From Candidatus Moraniibacteriota bacterium (GTDB lineage Bacteria > Patescibacteriota > Minisyncoccia > Moranbacterales > UBA1568), in assembly GCA_013334245.1 (NCBI GenBank), contig JAAXXZ010000004.1, positions 127-64,126 on the forward strand: DNA of 64,000 nt, read 5' to 3'. Of this stretch, positions 55,452-64,000 are shown piece by piece; the first letter of the stretch is position 1, and each line of letters begins with the position of its first letter. The notes under the pieces are model-generated. The model saw nothing but the letters and a program-made list of their open reading frames with translations, did not search any database and was not told the origin of the DNA. The position numbers were made by a program, and so were the translations under genes.

Positions 55452-57839
55452 ATGAAATACGTCAGCTCCCTTTGGAATATCGAGAAAGAAGATAGCGCTA
55501 TCGCTGGAGGAAAAGGCGCTTCGCTTGGTGAGATGATTCGGGCGGGCTTCCCTGTCCCGCCAGGATTTGTCGTTCTTTCAAGTGCTTTTGACGTTTTCTT
55601 GAAGGGGACGGGCTTGAATGCCAAGGTGGAATTGATACTGGAGTCAGTTATTCCCGAAGACACAGGGACAATCGAAAAAGCTTCTGAAAACATCCGATCG
55701 ATTATCCTTGCGGCGGCGATGCCAAGGGAAATTGAAGAGGAAATCAGGAAATCATTCAATGAACTCGGTTCGGAATATGTCGCTGTCAGGTCTTCGGCTA
55801 CCGCCGAGGATTCTGCTGTAGCGGCATGGGCAGGACAGCTCGAAAGCTTTCTTAATACCAATTCGGAAGACTTGCCGAAAAACGTGAAGAGTTGTTGGGC
55901 TTCGCTCTTTACGCCGCGCGCCATAACATATCGGCTCGAAAAAGGATTGGGTTCGCAAAGCATATCAGTCGCTGTCGTCGTTCAGGAAATGGTGGAGAGT
56001 GATACGTCAGGTATTGCCTTTTCCGTCCATCCCGTAACACATGACGTCGACCGTATGTTTATCGAAGCGGGGTACGGGCTTGGTGAAGCGATCGTGTCGG
56101 GGCAGGTTACCCCGGACAGTTATGAGGTGAGAAAAGATCCGATGGAAATAGTGGATAAGAATATTCAATCACCAGCGCGTGGATTATATCGGTCTGATCG
56201 CGGAGGAAACGAATGGCACGATGTGCCTGCGGAGCGGAAGGGGAAGGCGGTTTTGTCGGACGCTGAAATCATAAAGCTGTCGGATATTGTTGTCGGCATA
56301 GAGGGACACTATGGGTTCCCATGCGATATCGAGTGGGCAATCGCAGACGGGCGGCTGTATGTTGTCCAAAGTCGACCGATAACGACACTTGCTGAAAAGC
56401 TCGTGACCGTAGAAAAATTGTTGCTCATGTACAAGGAAGTCAATGTCTGTGGATTGACGATGTCCGTGAACGTCTCGGGTTGGATAGACGAATGGCTGAG
56501 TCGGACCTGCCGCGTAGGCAGTTTCGGGTCGATGGCTTGCCGGTTCCGCGGATATGAGATGGATTTCTATGTGGATAAGGGTCAGTACGAAAAAGCGCAT
56601 TTCGAAATAGTGCGACAGATCGAGGCTGGCACGTATCCCATCGAGTTTTCGACCGAGCGCTCGATGGCGTTGGGTGATCGGATCCTATCGATTGTCCGTT
56701 CGGGTCGTTCGGTATGGGAGGCTATGGACCCTGGGAAAGTCTGCGAAATATTCTCTGAAGTATTCGATTGTAGTCGGAAGCTTTGTTCTTATGGATACAT
56801 TGCCCCCTTATCCGATTTCCCGTACACCTTCATTTCTTCCCGGATGCAGGAGATACTCGAGGCGCGTCACGCTTCGGATGCGGCTGGTCTGAAAATCTTT
56901 TTGAGTACCCCGGAGGCTAGGCGCCCGATGATGCTTGCAAACGAAGAGATGTTTCGGATTATCGCCGAGCAAGGGGACCTCGGATCGTGGCTACAGCGGT
57001 GGTTTTGGATCGATTTCGGTCACATCGGTGCGGTGCTGACCGACGCGTCGGTTCGTGAGAAGTACAAGTTATTATTTGACGATCCCAAACGCGCGACGAC
57101 AGAGCTGCAAAATATCTCTGCAGAATACGGTTCTTTGGAGGAGAAACAGGAAAAAAATATTGGAGAGCTCGGGTTTTCAGATGAAGAGAGACGGATTTTT
57201 CGATATGCACGGGAGATCACGTTTCTGAAGGGGTATCGTGCCGATGTGCTTTCGGCGGCAAACGCATTTTTTGACGCGGTTTTCGAAATCTATTCGAAAA
57301 GACTCGGTATCGGGAAAGACGTTTTCAGGTTTGCGACAAAAGAGGAAGTGGTTGCGCTCATATCGGGAAGCGATATCAATGTCGCGGAAATCCTTGAAAG
57401 GAAAGACTATTCCATTTGGCTTTATACGGACAACGCCTCTGGAATCTTGATACATACCGGCGAACAGGCACGACAGTTTGAAGCAGATCATCTGGCGGAA
57501 GAGCATGTCGTTCATGAGGGAAAAGTTATAAAAGGAAATGTCGCGTACCCCGGTATCGTTGAAGGTACTGTTCGGATTGTGAACTCTCTGGAGGACCTTA
57601 AGAAGATGAATCGCGGAGAAATCCTGGTATCGACGCAGACCACACCGGAACTGCTTCCCGCGATGAGCAAGGCGGCCGCCTTTATTGCCGATGTTGGGGG
57701 GATTATTTCCCATGCCGCCATCGTCGCGAGAGAGATGAAGAAGCCTTGTATCATTGGGACCGAAATCGCATCCAAGGTCCTCAGGGATGGCGATCGGGTT
57801 CGTGTCGATGCCAACTCCGGGGTGATAGAGATAATATGA
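55452..57839 (+). CDS. PEP-utiliser/rifampin phosphotransferase-like enzyme (PPDK_N + middle domain + C-terminal His swivel)
   Basis: GGKGASLGEM, VAVRSSATAED, QSRPITT, GGIISHAAIVARE. Confidence 0.88.
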   Translation: MKYVSSLWNIEKEDSAIAGGKGASLGEMIRAGFPVPPGFVVLSSAFDVFLKGTGLNAKVELILESVIPEDTGTIEKASENIRSIILAAAMPREIEEEIRKSFNELGSEYVAVRSSATAEDSAVAAWAGQLESFLNTNSEDLPKNVKSCWASLFTPRAITYRLEKGLGSQSISVAVVVQEMVESDTSGIAFSVHPVTHDVDRMFIEAGYGLGEAIVSGQVTPDSYEVRKDPMEIVDKNIQSPARGLYRSDRGGNEWHDVPAERKGKAVLSDAEIIKLSDIVVGIEGHYGFPCDIEWAIADGRLYVVQSRPITTLAEKLVTVEKLLLMYKEVNVCGLTMSVNVSGWIDEWLSRTCRVGSFGSMACRFRGYEMDFYVDKGQYEKAHFEIVRQIEAGTYPIEFSTERSMALGDRILSIVRSGRSVWEAMDPGKVCEIFSEVFDCSRKLCSYGYIAPLSDFPYTFISSRMQEILEARHASDAAGLKIFLSTPEARRPMMLANEEMFRIIAEQGDLGSWLQRWFWIDFGHIGAVLTDASVREKYKLLFDDPKRATTELQNISAEYGSLEEKQEKNIGELGFSDEERRIFRYAREITFLKGYRADVLSAANAFFDAVFEIYSKRLGIGKDVFRFATKEEVVALISGSDINVAEILERKDYSIWLYTDNASGILIHTGEQARQFEADHLAEEHVVHEGKVIKGNVAYPGIVEGTVRIVNSLEDLKKMNRGEILVSTQTTPELLPAMSKAAAFIADVGGIISHAAIVAREMKKPCIIGTEIASKVLRDGDRVRVDANSGVIEII

Positions 57840-58474
57840 CCACGTTCCCTATGAGACTTATACTTGGCTCGGATATGAGCTTTCTTCTGAAATACGGGTA
57901 CGACCTGACCGGAATTTCGAAGGCGGATATGCGGATCGGGTATGTGACGACAGGGATAAAGGGAGTGCGCACGAAGGAATTTTTCGAGAACGTGGAACGA
58001 CAGATCGTGGAGATCGGATACGATTTCGAGAAGTTCGATATTGAAGGAAAAAGCGTGGAAGAAATGAGGTCGTTCTTCGCGGACAAGAACGTGATCCATA
58101 TCGAAGGCGGTAATACGTTCTATCTATTGAAAGCCATCCGGGAAACCGGTTTCGCCCCAGTGCTTGATGAGCTCCTCAAAGAGGGGAAAGTCTATATCGG
58201 TACGAGTGCGGGATCCTATATAATGTGCCCGTCGATCGAAGTGGCGGATTGGGACGAAACCGGAAAAAGCCGGTTCGGAATGACCGACTTCACCGCTCTC
58301 GGGTATGTCCCATTCGTTCTGAAAGTGCATTACAAGGATGAGAAGGAAGAAACCGTGAGGGAAAAGATGAAGACTGTGCACCATCCGCTCCGATTACTTC
58401 GTGACGGGCAAGGCATCCTCGTCGACAACGGCGTCGAAACCTTCGTCGGTGACGGAGAAGAAACGGTGTTATAG
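57836..58474 (+). CDS. Peptidase E (S51) family
   Basis: GGNTFYLL, GTSAG, VHY. Confidence 0.88.
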   Translation: MTTFPMRLILGSDMSFLLKYGYDLTGISKADMRIGYVTTGIKGVRTKEFFENVERQIVEIGYDFEKFDIEGKSVEEMRSFFADKNVIHIEGGNTFYLLKAIRETGFAPVLDELLKEGKVYIGTSAGSYIMCPSIEVADWDETGKSRFGMTDFTALGYVPFVLKVHYKDEKEETVREKMKTVHHPLRLLRDGQGILVDNGVETFVGDGEETVL

Positions 58475-58575
58475 GTGAATTATATCCGCTTTACAACGGC
58501 GTGTTTGGGGAGTAGAAAGGGGGTGAAAGGGATGGATATTCCGTTCCGATGGTGGGGTATGTCATTAGTACCGAA

Positions 58576-59124
58576 ATGAAGGAAATCGAGGTCAAAGCAC
58601 GGATACGCGATATCGACACGCTGACCGGAGTGCTTGCCGCCAAGGGGTTCGTATTCGGCGAACCCGCGGTCCAAAACGACGTGATATTCCTGCCGGCCGG
58701 GATCGAGTTCCCGGAAATCACCAAAGGGGTGCCGGTCGTGCGTGTGCGGAACGCGGACGGCGTTTTTACCCTGACACTCAAGATGCGCGTCATCGCCGGG
58801 AAGGAACTCATAAAGCTGGAGAAGGAAGTGAATGTGAGCGACGACAAGACGGCCATCGAGATCGTCTCGCTCATGGGATTTCACGAGGTGATACGAGTCG
58901 GCAAGAAACGGATGGAATGCGAACACGACGGCGTGACCGTCTGTATCGACGATGTGACCGGACTCGGGGCGTTCATCGAGGTCGAGCGATTGTCGGACGC
59001 AGAAAACGGCGAAGCGGTCCAGGAAGACCTGAAAGCCTTCCTCCTGTCGCTTGGCATCGGCACAGACGACATCATCACCAAAGGCTACGACACGCTTTTG
59101 TATGAGAAGAAGAAACCGTGTTAA
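58576..59124 (+). CDS. CYTH/class IV adenylate cyclase-like protein
   Basis: EIEVKAR, TLTLK, K.R, D.V.GLG.FIEVE, GY. Confidence 0.9.
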   Translation: MKEIEVKARIRDIDTLTGVLAAKGFVFGEPAVQNDVIFLPAGIEFPEITKGVPVVRVRNADGVFTLTLKMRVIAGKELIKLEKEVNVSDDKTAIEIVSLMGFHEVIRVGKKRMECEHDGVTVCIDDVTGLGAFIEVERLSDAENGEAVQEDLKAFLLSLGIGTDDIITKGYDTLLYEKKKPC

Positions 59125-59179
59125 AACGCGATTGGAAGAGTATGAATGAATATAATCCATAATACAGTTTCATGAGTCT

Positions 59180-60946
59180 ATGCGATATATAAAGTTTCTG
59201 ATTCGTAATTATAAAGGAATAAAGTCATTAGAGTTGGATTTAGATTTATTCCCCGATCATAAAATCTATACACTAGTTGGTCTAAATGAATCGGGGAAAA
59301 CAACCATACTTGAAGCAATAAATGATTTTGAATTTGATGTCTCAGTTAATAAGCGGCATCTGTTAATACCGAAGAGTTCGGCGGGAGGTTTTACTGGAGA
59401 TATCGCAATAAAAGCAACGCTTCAATTTTCTGAAGATGATAAAGGGAGAATAATTGCCTTCATTCGGTCGAGGATTAAGGTAAGTGAAGTGTTTGTCTCT
59501 GAAACTTTAATCATAGAACGAAAATATAGTTTTAAAAACTCTACGCCGTATGAGTCTAAAAGAACATACGAAAAATATGTAAAAATAAAAAAGACTGCAA
59601 AAGGAAAGCCAGTTGATTTGGATGAAAGTATATCCAAAGAACTGTGGAGTTTTATTAAGGAAACGATGTTTCCTGAGATAATCTTTTATCGTGATTTCCT
59701 TTCTAAATTTCCGGAGAAGATTTACTTAGATGCAGAAGATCCTAAAGATAAGAACTATCTATCAATTATTGAAGATATTCTTACTGCTATAAATCCTGAT
59801 TATAACGTTCAAAATAGTCTCTTAGACAGACTGGACGATTCAACTGATGCTGCAAAAAAACAAGCGCTTGAAGCAGTCGAGAATGACATGGGCGCGAAGA
59901 TTTCTAAAGTAGTGTTTGACGCATGGAACAAGATACTAAACGTAAGTAAGAAAGAAATTGTTGTTAAGGCAGAATATGATGCCGAGAAGGGAAGATATTA
60001 TCTTCGATTGAGCGTAAAAGATGGTCATCAAACTTACGCCGTTGCTGAGCGGAGTCTAGGATTTCGATGGTTTTTCACTTTTCTTTTATACACAGAATTT
60101 CGAAAGGAAAGGATAAAAACTTCAGGAGAAATCTTGTTTATTTTGGATGAGCCAGCATCAAATCTTCATCAGACTGCGCAACAAAGCTTACTTGAAACAT
60201 TTCGTACAATAACAAGCAAATCACGACTAATATATACAACACATAGTCATCATTTGGTGAATCCAGAATGGTTAAGTTCCGCATATATTATTCGAAACAA
60301 AGGTCTTAAGTATAATGAGAGTGATGATTATAATCTAACGAAGACGGAAATTGAAGCATTTAAGTACAAGCAATTTGTTTCAAAATACCCGACCGAAACC
60401 TCGTATTTTCAGCCGATTTTGGATGTGTTGGATTATAAGCCAGGCTTACTTGAGCTGATTCCCAATATCGTAATAACAGAAGGAAAATTCGACTATTTTA
60501 CCTTTAGATATTTTAAAGAGATAGTTTTCTCGGACTTGACTGATGGCTATAGATTTTATCCTGGAATGGGCGCTTCAAGCTTAGACCTACCTATTTCCTT
60601 ATATGAATCATGGGGTAAAGGATATTTGGTTTTACTTGATTCGGATAAGGAGGGCCGTGATCAAAAGGAGCGTTATATTAAAGATATAAGCGATACTCAG
60701 CATATCTATACTCTTGAGGATTGTTTTTCAGATTTAAAAAATTCAACGACTGAAAAAGTATTTACTGAAACGGAAAAAATTGAAATCTCTAAGGAGTTTA
60801 ACAGTGAGCTTACTGAATATAATAAAAACGCTTTTAATACGGGAATTCAGATTCTGTTAATGCAAAAACGTATTCCTGACTATTTAACTGATGAAACAAA
60901 GAAAAAGATGAGGAAGATTATCGAATTTATCAACGGTAAAATATAA
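59180..60946 (+). CDS. AT-rich OLD-family ABC-ATPase/TOPRIM nuclease
   Basis: NYKGI, GLNESGKTT, RSLGFRW, LDEPASNLH, TTHS, TEGKFD, LLDSD. Confidence 0.85.
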   Translation: MRYIKFLIRNYKGIKSLELDLDLFPDHKIYTLVGLNESGKTTILEAINDFEFDVSVNKRHLLIPKSSAGGFTGDIAIKATLQFSEDDKGRIIAFIRSRIKVSEVFVSETLIIERKYSFKNSTPYESKRTYEKYVKIKKTAKGKPVDLDESISKELWSFIKETMFPEIIFYRDFLSKFPEKIYLDAEDPKDKNYLSIIEDILTAINPDYNVQNSLLDRLDDSTDAAKKQALEAVENDMGAKISKVVFDAWNKILNVSKKEIVVKAEYDAEKGRYYLRLSVKDGHQTYAVAERSLGFRWFFTFLLYTEFRKERIKTSGEILFILDEPASNLHQTAQQSLLETFRTITSKSRLIYTTHSHHLVNPEWLSSAYIIRNKGLKYNESDDYNLTKTEIEAFKYKQFVSKYPTETSYFQPILDVLDYKPGLLELIPNIVITEGKFDYFTFRYFKEIVFSDLTDGYRFYPGMGASSLDLPISLYESWGKGYLVLLDSDKEGRDQKERYIKDISDTQHIYTLEDCFSDLKNSTTEKVFTETEKIEISKEFNSELTEYNKNAFNTGIQILLMQKRIPDYLTDETKKKMRKIIEFINGKI

Positions 60947-61013
60947 TTTGGACATTCAGATAATGGTCTATATTCAATATTTCGAATAAATTCCCCCTAC
61001 TTGTCGCGTATCC

Positions 61014-61036
61014 GAAAAGGGGTCAAGTACTTTTTT
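61014..61036. repeat. Copy of the AAAAGGGGTCA terminal motif
   Basis: GAAAAGGGGTCAAGTACTTTTTT, 21/23 identical to 42532-42554. Confidence 0.75.
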
Positions 61037-61140
61037 AACGTCTTCTCGACAGACCATCGGAAATATGCCGGATATTAAGATGTGAAAAATGCAGGCGATG
61101 ATTGATAAATATTTCTATAATTAAATTGTAATTAAAAAGT

Positions 61141-61773
61141 ATGTCATATTGCTCGATGTGTGGAACCAAGGCAAATGATGGCGCAATCTTTTGTTCTAAG
61201 TGTGGATCGAATTTGCAAAAGGGCCAACCCTCTGATCTTGAGGTAAAAGAAATTCGGTCAGAAAGTAATATCAGTTTTTTTTCCATATCAAACAAGCGTC
61301 TTGCTCTGTTTTCTGTTATCACGTTCGGCCTATACGAGATATTTTGGTTTTATAAAAATTGGAGTGCAGTAAAAATGGCCGAAGGCAAGAAGATCGCACC
61401 ATTCTGGAGAGCTATATTTGCTGTATTTTTCTGTCACTCACTTTTTAAGAAAGTTCTTGAATCAGCTAAAAGTCATTCATATACCAAATCGTATTCTCCT
61501 GGTTGGCTAGCTGCAGGGTATATTATTATTCTTTTTATTAATAATGCTTTGAGTAAAGCAGAATCTACTGATATAAGTACTCTTTTGTTGTTACTGTTTT
61601 CTTTGATTTCATTTTTGCCTTTGTTGCCAGTCCAAAATGCGATTAACTATAATAATGAACAATTAAAGGGTGCGATGCCGTTGAAACATGGTTTCTCTGG
61701 TGGGGAAGTTACAATTATAGTAGTGGGTATCATTTGGTTTTTTCTGGTACTCGTTGGTACGTTCTCGGCGTGA
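61141..61773 (+). CDS. Zinc-ribbon + DUF4234-like membrane protein (AT-rich)
   Basis: CSMCG...FCSKCG; ITFGLYEIFWFYK. Confidence 0.8.
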   Translation: MSYCSMCGTKANDGAIFCSKCGSNLQKGQPSDLEVKEIRSESNISFFSISNKRLALFSVITFGLYEIFWFYKNWSAVKMAEGKKIAPFWRAIFAVFFCHSLFKKVLESAKSHSYTKSYSPGWLAAGYIIILFINNALSKAESTDISTLLLLLFSLISFLPLLPVQNAINYNNEQLKGAMPLKHGFSGGEVTIIVVGIIWFFLVLVGTFSA

Positions 61774-61894
61774 TCGGAAAAGATTAAGGTTCCTTTTTAG
61801 CCTCCCTCTCGCCATACCGCCGGAAACATCTCAGGTGCACGGAAGAGGGGATTCGAATGCAGACGGAAGGGAAGGAATGTGCGATACTATCGAT

Positions 61895-61996
61895 ATGACA
61901 CAGGACGAGACATACGAGCGGATACTGGAAGCAGCGAGGAACGATTCCAAAGTCCTCGGTTTTGTGCTGACCGGAGGAGGTTGGAAATTTATCTGA
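61895..61996 (+). pseudogene. Possible truncated nucleotidyltransferase N-terminus
   Basis: MTQDETYERILEAARNDSKVLGFVLTG followed by early stop. Confidence 0.4.
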
Positions 61997-62081
61997 CTCA
62001 ATGATGCATAGACGATCGCCGTCACGGATGACAGTATGAGAATCTTGGAGACGTGAATGAATAAAGTGTTTCTGAACCGTT

Positions 62082-62741
62082 ATGAATAACAACGACTATC
62101 GCAACAGGATCGTGGAGTCATACCTGCCGGAATCGTACCGGGTCTGGTTTGAAGAAGAGGCGAAATACCTCGCCGCTCATGTTGCCCGTTCGGCCGTCGT
62201 GCTCGATGTCGGCTCCGGGGACGGCCGTACCATAAATGATCTGCTGCCGGTCACGAAGAATATAACGGGTATCGATCACGACACTGCCGCTATCGAGCGG
62301 GCCAAGGAACGGTTCAAGGATTTCCCATCGGTGCATGTTGAAACTGCGGACGCGACGAAGATTCCGTTTGAAGATGGGCGATTCGATTTTGTCACGTGCA
62401 TGGGGGTGCTCATGAACCTTGGGGAACACAGGACGGAGGCGCTTCGGGAAATGAAACGGGTAGTGAAGGATGGCGGAAAGATCATTTTGGATTCCTTTTC
62501 GGAACGATCGTTAATGGAGCGTCTGAAAGCGTATGAGGCTGCCGGTGTCCCGGTGAAACGAATCGAGGGCGGAGCGGTGTTTTTCGACGAGAGTATCGGT
62601 GATAATATTTCGGAGCAGTTTACCGAAGGAGAATTGAGAAATATTTTTGATCGGGAGGGATTGATCATCGAAGATATGTATGATGGTGGAATCGTATACA
62701 TATTTACCGTTTCGAAGAAAAATACCAGTCTCATACAATAA
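62082..62741 (+). CDS. Class I SAM-dependent methyltransferase
   Basis: VLDVGSGDG, GID, IPFEDGRFDFV, EMKRVVKDGG. Confidence 0.92.
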   Translation: MNNNDYRNRIVESYLPESYRVWFEEEAKYLAAHVARSAVVLDVGSGDGRTINDLLPVTKNITGIDHDTAAIERAKERFKDFPSVHVETADATKIPFEDGRFDFVTCMGVLMNLGEHRTEALREMKRVVKDGGKIILDSFSERSLMERLKAYEAAGVPVKRIEGGAVFFDESIGDNISEQFTEGELRNIFDREGLIIEDMYDGGIVYIFTVSKKNTSLIQ

Positions 62742-62759
62742 TCCGTTAGCCGTAATCGT

Positions 62760-62924
62760 ATGGAAAGGATAAAGGTGGAGCAGCACGGGTTCACGGCGTT
62801 CTCGTGGTGCGCCGGGTGGCTGTTCACACTCGGGTTTTTGCACCTCACTTTTTGGAAGGGGGTGCTGGCGATCGCGCTGTGGCCGTACTTCATCGGCCTC
62901 GCGGTGAGTGCCTTGGCGAAGTAG
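62760..62924 (+). CDS. Small membrane protein (54 aa)
   Basis: MERIKVEQHGF...WCAGWLFTLGFLHLTFWKGVLAIALWPYFIG; absent from ORF track. Confidence 0.7.
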   Translation: MERIKVEQHGFTAFSWCAGWLFTLGFLHLTFWKGVLAIALWPYFIGLAVSALAK

Positions 62925-62985
62925 CTGGACTTGCATATCTTTTCGGGATGGTCGATGATTGAGTCATCGCATTATTGTTGTACGT

Positions 62986-64000
62986 ATGGAAGGAAACCAG
63001 GCTGGTACATACCACATCATCGGGATGAGTCCCGGAAATAGCTATTTTAAGGATCAGGAGATTTCGTATCTTCTGAAAACGGTTGTTGGGAAGTTCGGGA
63101 AAGTCGGAATACTGATAGCGGATATACCGGCGGTTTCGACCTATGTCGCGCTTGGATATCCGGAGAACCGCGCGCGTCGCGACAAGGCTATTCCCAAGGG
63201 AAATGCTCTAAAAAACCGTGTCCGAAAGGTCATGGAAGAGCTTGGATATTCGGAAGAAATCGTCAGAATCTTCGACTGGGAGCACGAAGTCGAGGGGAAC
63301 GCGGAGTATCGGGAGTCGTATCGGAAAATCAAGGAACTGTATGAAGGGAACGAATCGTTCCATGAATCTGCCGCATCTACGACGCGGGTGGTTCTCGATG
63401 GTTCGCGCAAGAATATTCCAGACATGGAAGCCGCGACGGAGACAGCCGTTCATTATCTTCTTTCCGAGTTGGCGTTTCTGGAGTTTGCCGTTTCGTATCT
63501 CGGAGCGGATCAAATCGTATATGTCTATCATAAGAACTGGAGGGTTTTCGAGGACTATATTTCAGGTACATTTGATAATATCTTCCGGCCATATTTGGAT
63601 TTCCTGCTTTTGGAAAATCCGTATGAGACCTTCAACCCGATATGGGGTCTTGAGGATGAGGAAAACGGATACGAGGATGCTTTGGATCGCGTCGAGAAGA
63701 GCGGAGTATTGCGGGTCGGTTTTTTTGAGTATCCTACGGCTTTGGAACGCGACGAGAATAGCGGGACCTTTTCCGGAATCTTCCATGATGTTATCTCACA
63801 CATCGCGATGAAACACGGGTGGAACCTGAAGTGGGTCGAGGAAACCGGCTACGGGGTGATCCTCGATGGCCTGAATGCGGACCGCTTTGACGTATTCGGC
63901 AGTACGGTCTGGCCGACGGATGAGCGGGATGCCGAGTTTTCGGTTTCGCTCTATGGCAGCCCGGTATATTCCTGGGTCAGAGAAGGATTCGGAAAGGGCG
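62986..64000 (+). CDS. tRNA-dependent cyclodipeptide synthase fused to solute-binding-protein (family 3-like) domain; runs off window
   Basis: Open for 338 codons; IIGMSPGNSYF, YLLSELAF, YVYH; then LDRVEKSGVLRVG..SGIFHDV..W.EETGYG.I.DGL..RFDV. Confidence 0.88.
   Translation, partial: MEGNQAGTYHIIGMSPGNSYFKDQEISYLLKTVVGKFGKVGILIADIPAVSTYVALGYPENRARRDKAIPKGNALKNRVRKVMEELGYSEEIVRIFDWEHEVEGNAEYRESYRKIKELYEGNESFHESAASTTRVVLDGSRKNIPDMEAATETAVHYLLSELAFLEFAVSYLGADQIVYVYHKNWRVFEDYISGTFDNIFRPYLDFLLLENPYETFNPIWGLEDEENGYEDALDRVEKSGVLRVGFFEYPTALERDENSGTFSGIFHDVISHIAMKHGWNLKWVEETGYGVILDGLNADRFDVFGSTVWPTDERDAEFSVSLYGSPVYSWVREGFGKG

Noticed and set aside
53401-58496. Repeated CGCTTTACAA as a novel element (4 copies)
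   Set aside because: It fits a TTTACA -35 box with a -10-like hexamer 17 bp downstream, and two copies belong to the CYTH duplication.
39734-60946. Split Gabija system (OLD nuclease + helicase)
   Set aside because: The genes are about 17 kb apart, and the helicase is RecD-like with a long N-terminus rather than a GajB-type UvrD.
42446-62000. Integron cassette array
   Set aside because: Genes are co-oriented, but I found no attC-like RYYYAAC...GTTRRRY hairpins and no integron integrase.

Overview
This 64 kb window is GC-rich bacterial chromosome. Gene content and style suggest a CPR/Patescibacteria organism, probably Parcubacteria (Moranbacteria-like); this is inference from conserved CPR-type hypotheticals, a short Rel, a PaaX/Cas2-like gene, a WWNPFTWF C-terminus and mostly SD-less TATG starts. 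The left half is largely core: PilB/GspE ATPase, gyrB, rplY, rmuC, glycosyltransferases, rel, pyk, topA, dprA, nth, six tRNAs, trxA/trxB and mscL. The right half (about 38.3-64 kb) is an all-plus-strand accessory tract with two AT-rich defence-like genes, a giant surface protein, an RPH-like PEP-utiliser and CYTH genes. The most notable signals are: (1) an ORF missing from the supplied track (62986 to window end) encoding an NYH-type cyclodipeptide synthase fused to a solute-binding-protein fold; (2) a 25-bp inverted repeat bracketing an AT-rich SF1 helicase gene, whose right end recurs after an OLD-type nuclease gene; (3) partial tRNA copies at three tRNA loci, including a 120-bp tandem array beside a frameshifted GIY-YIG nuclease; (4) an unidentified structured RNA with its own promoter and terminator after rplY; (5) a sortase beside an LPATG substrate; (6) inverted heptamer arrays. 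All calls are from reading motifs by eye; no database searches were run.
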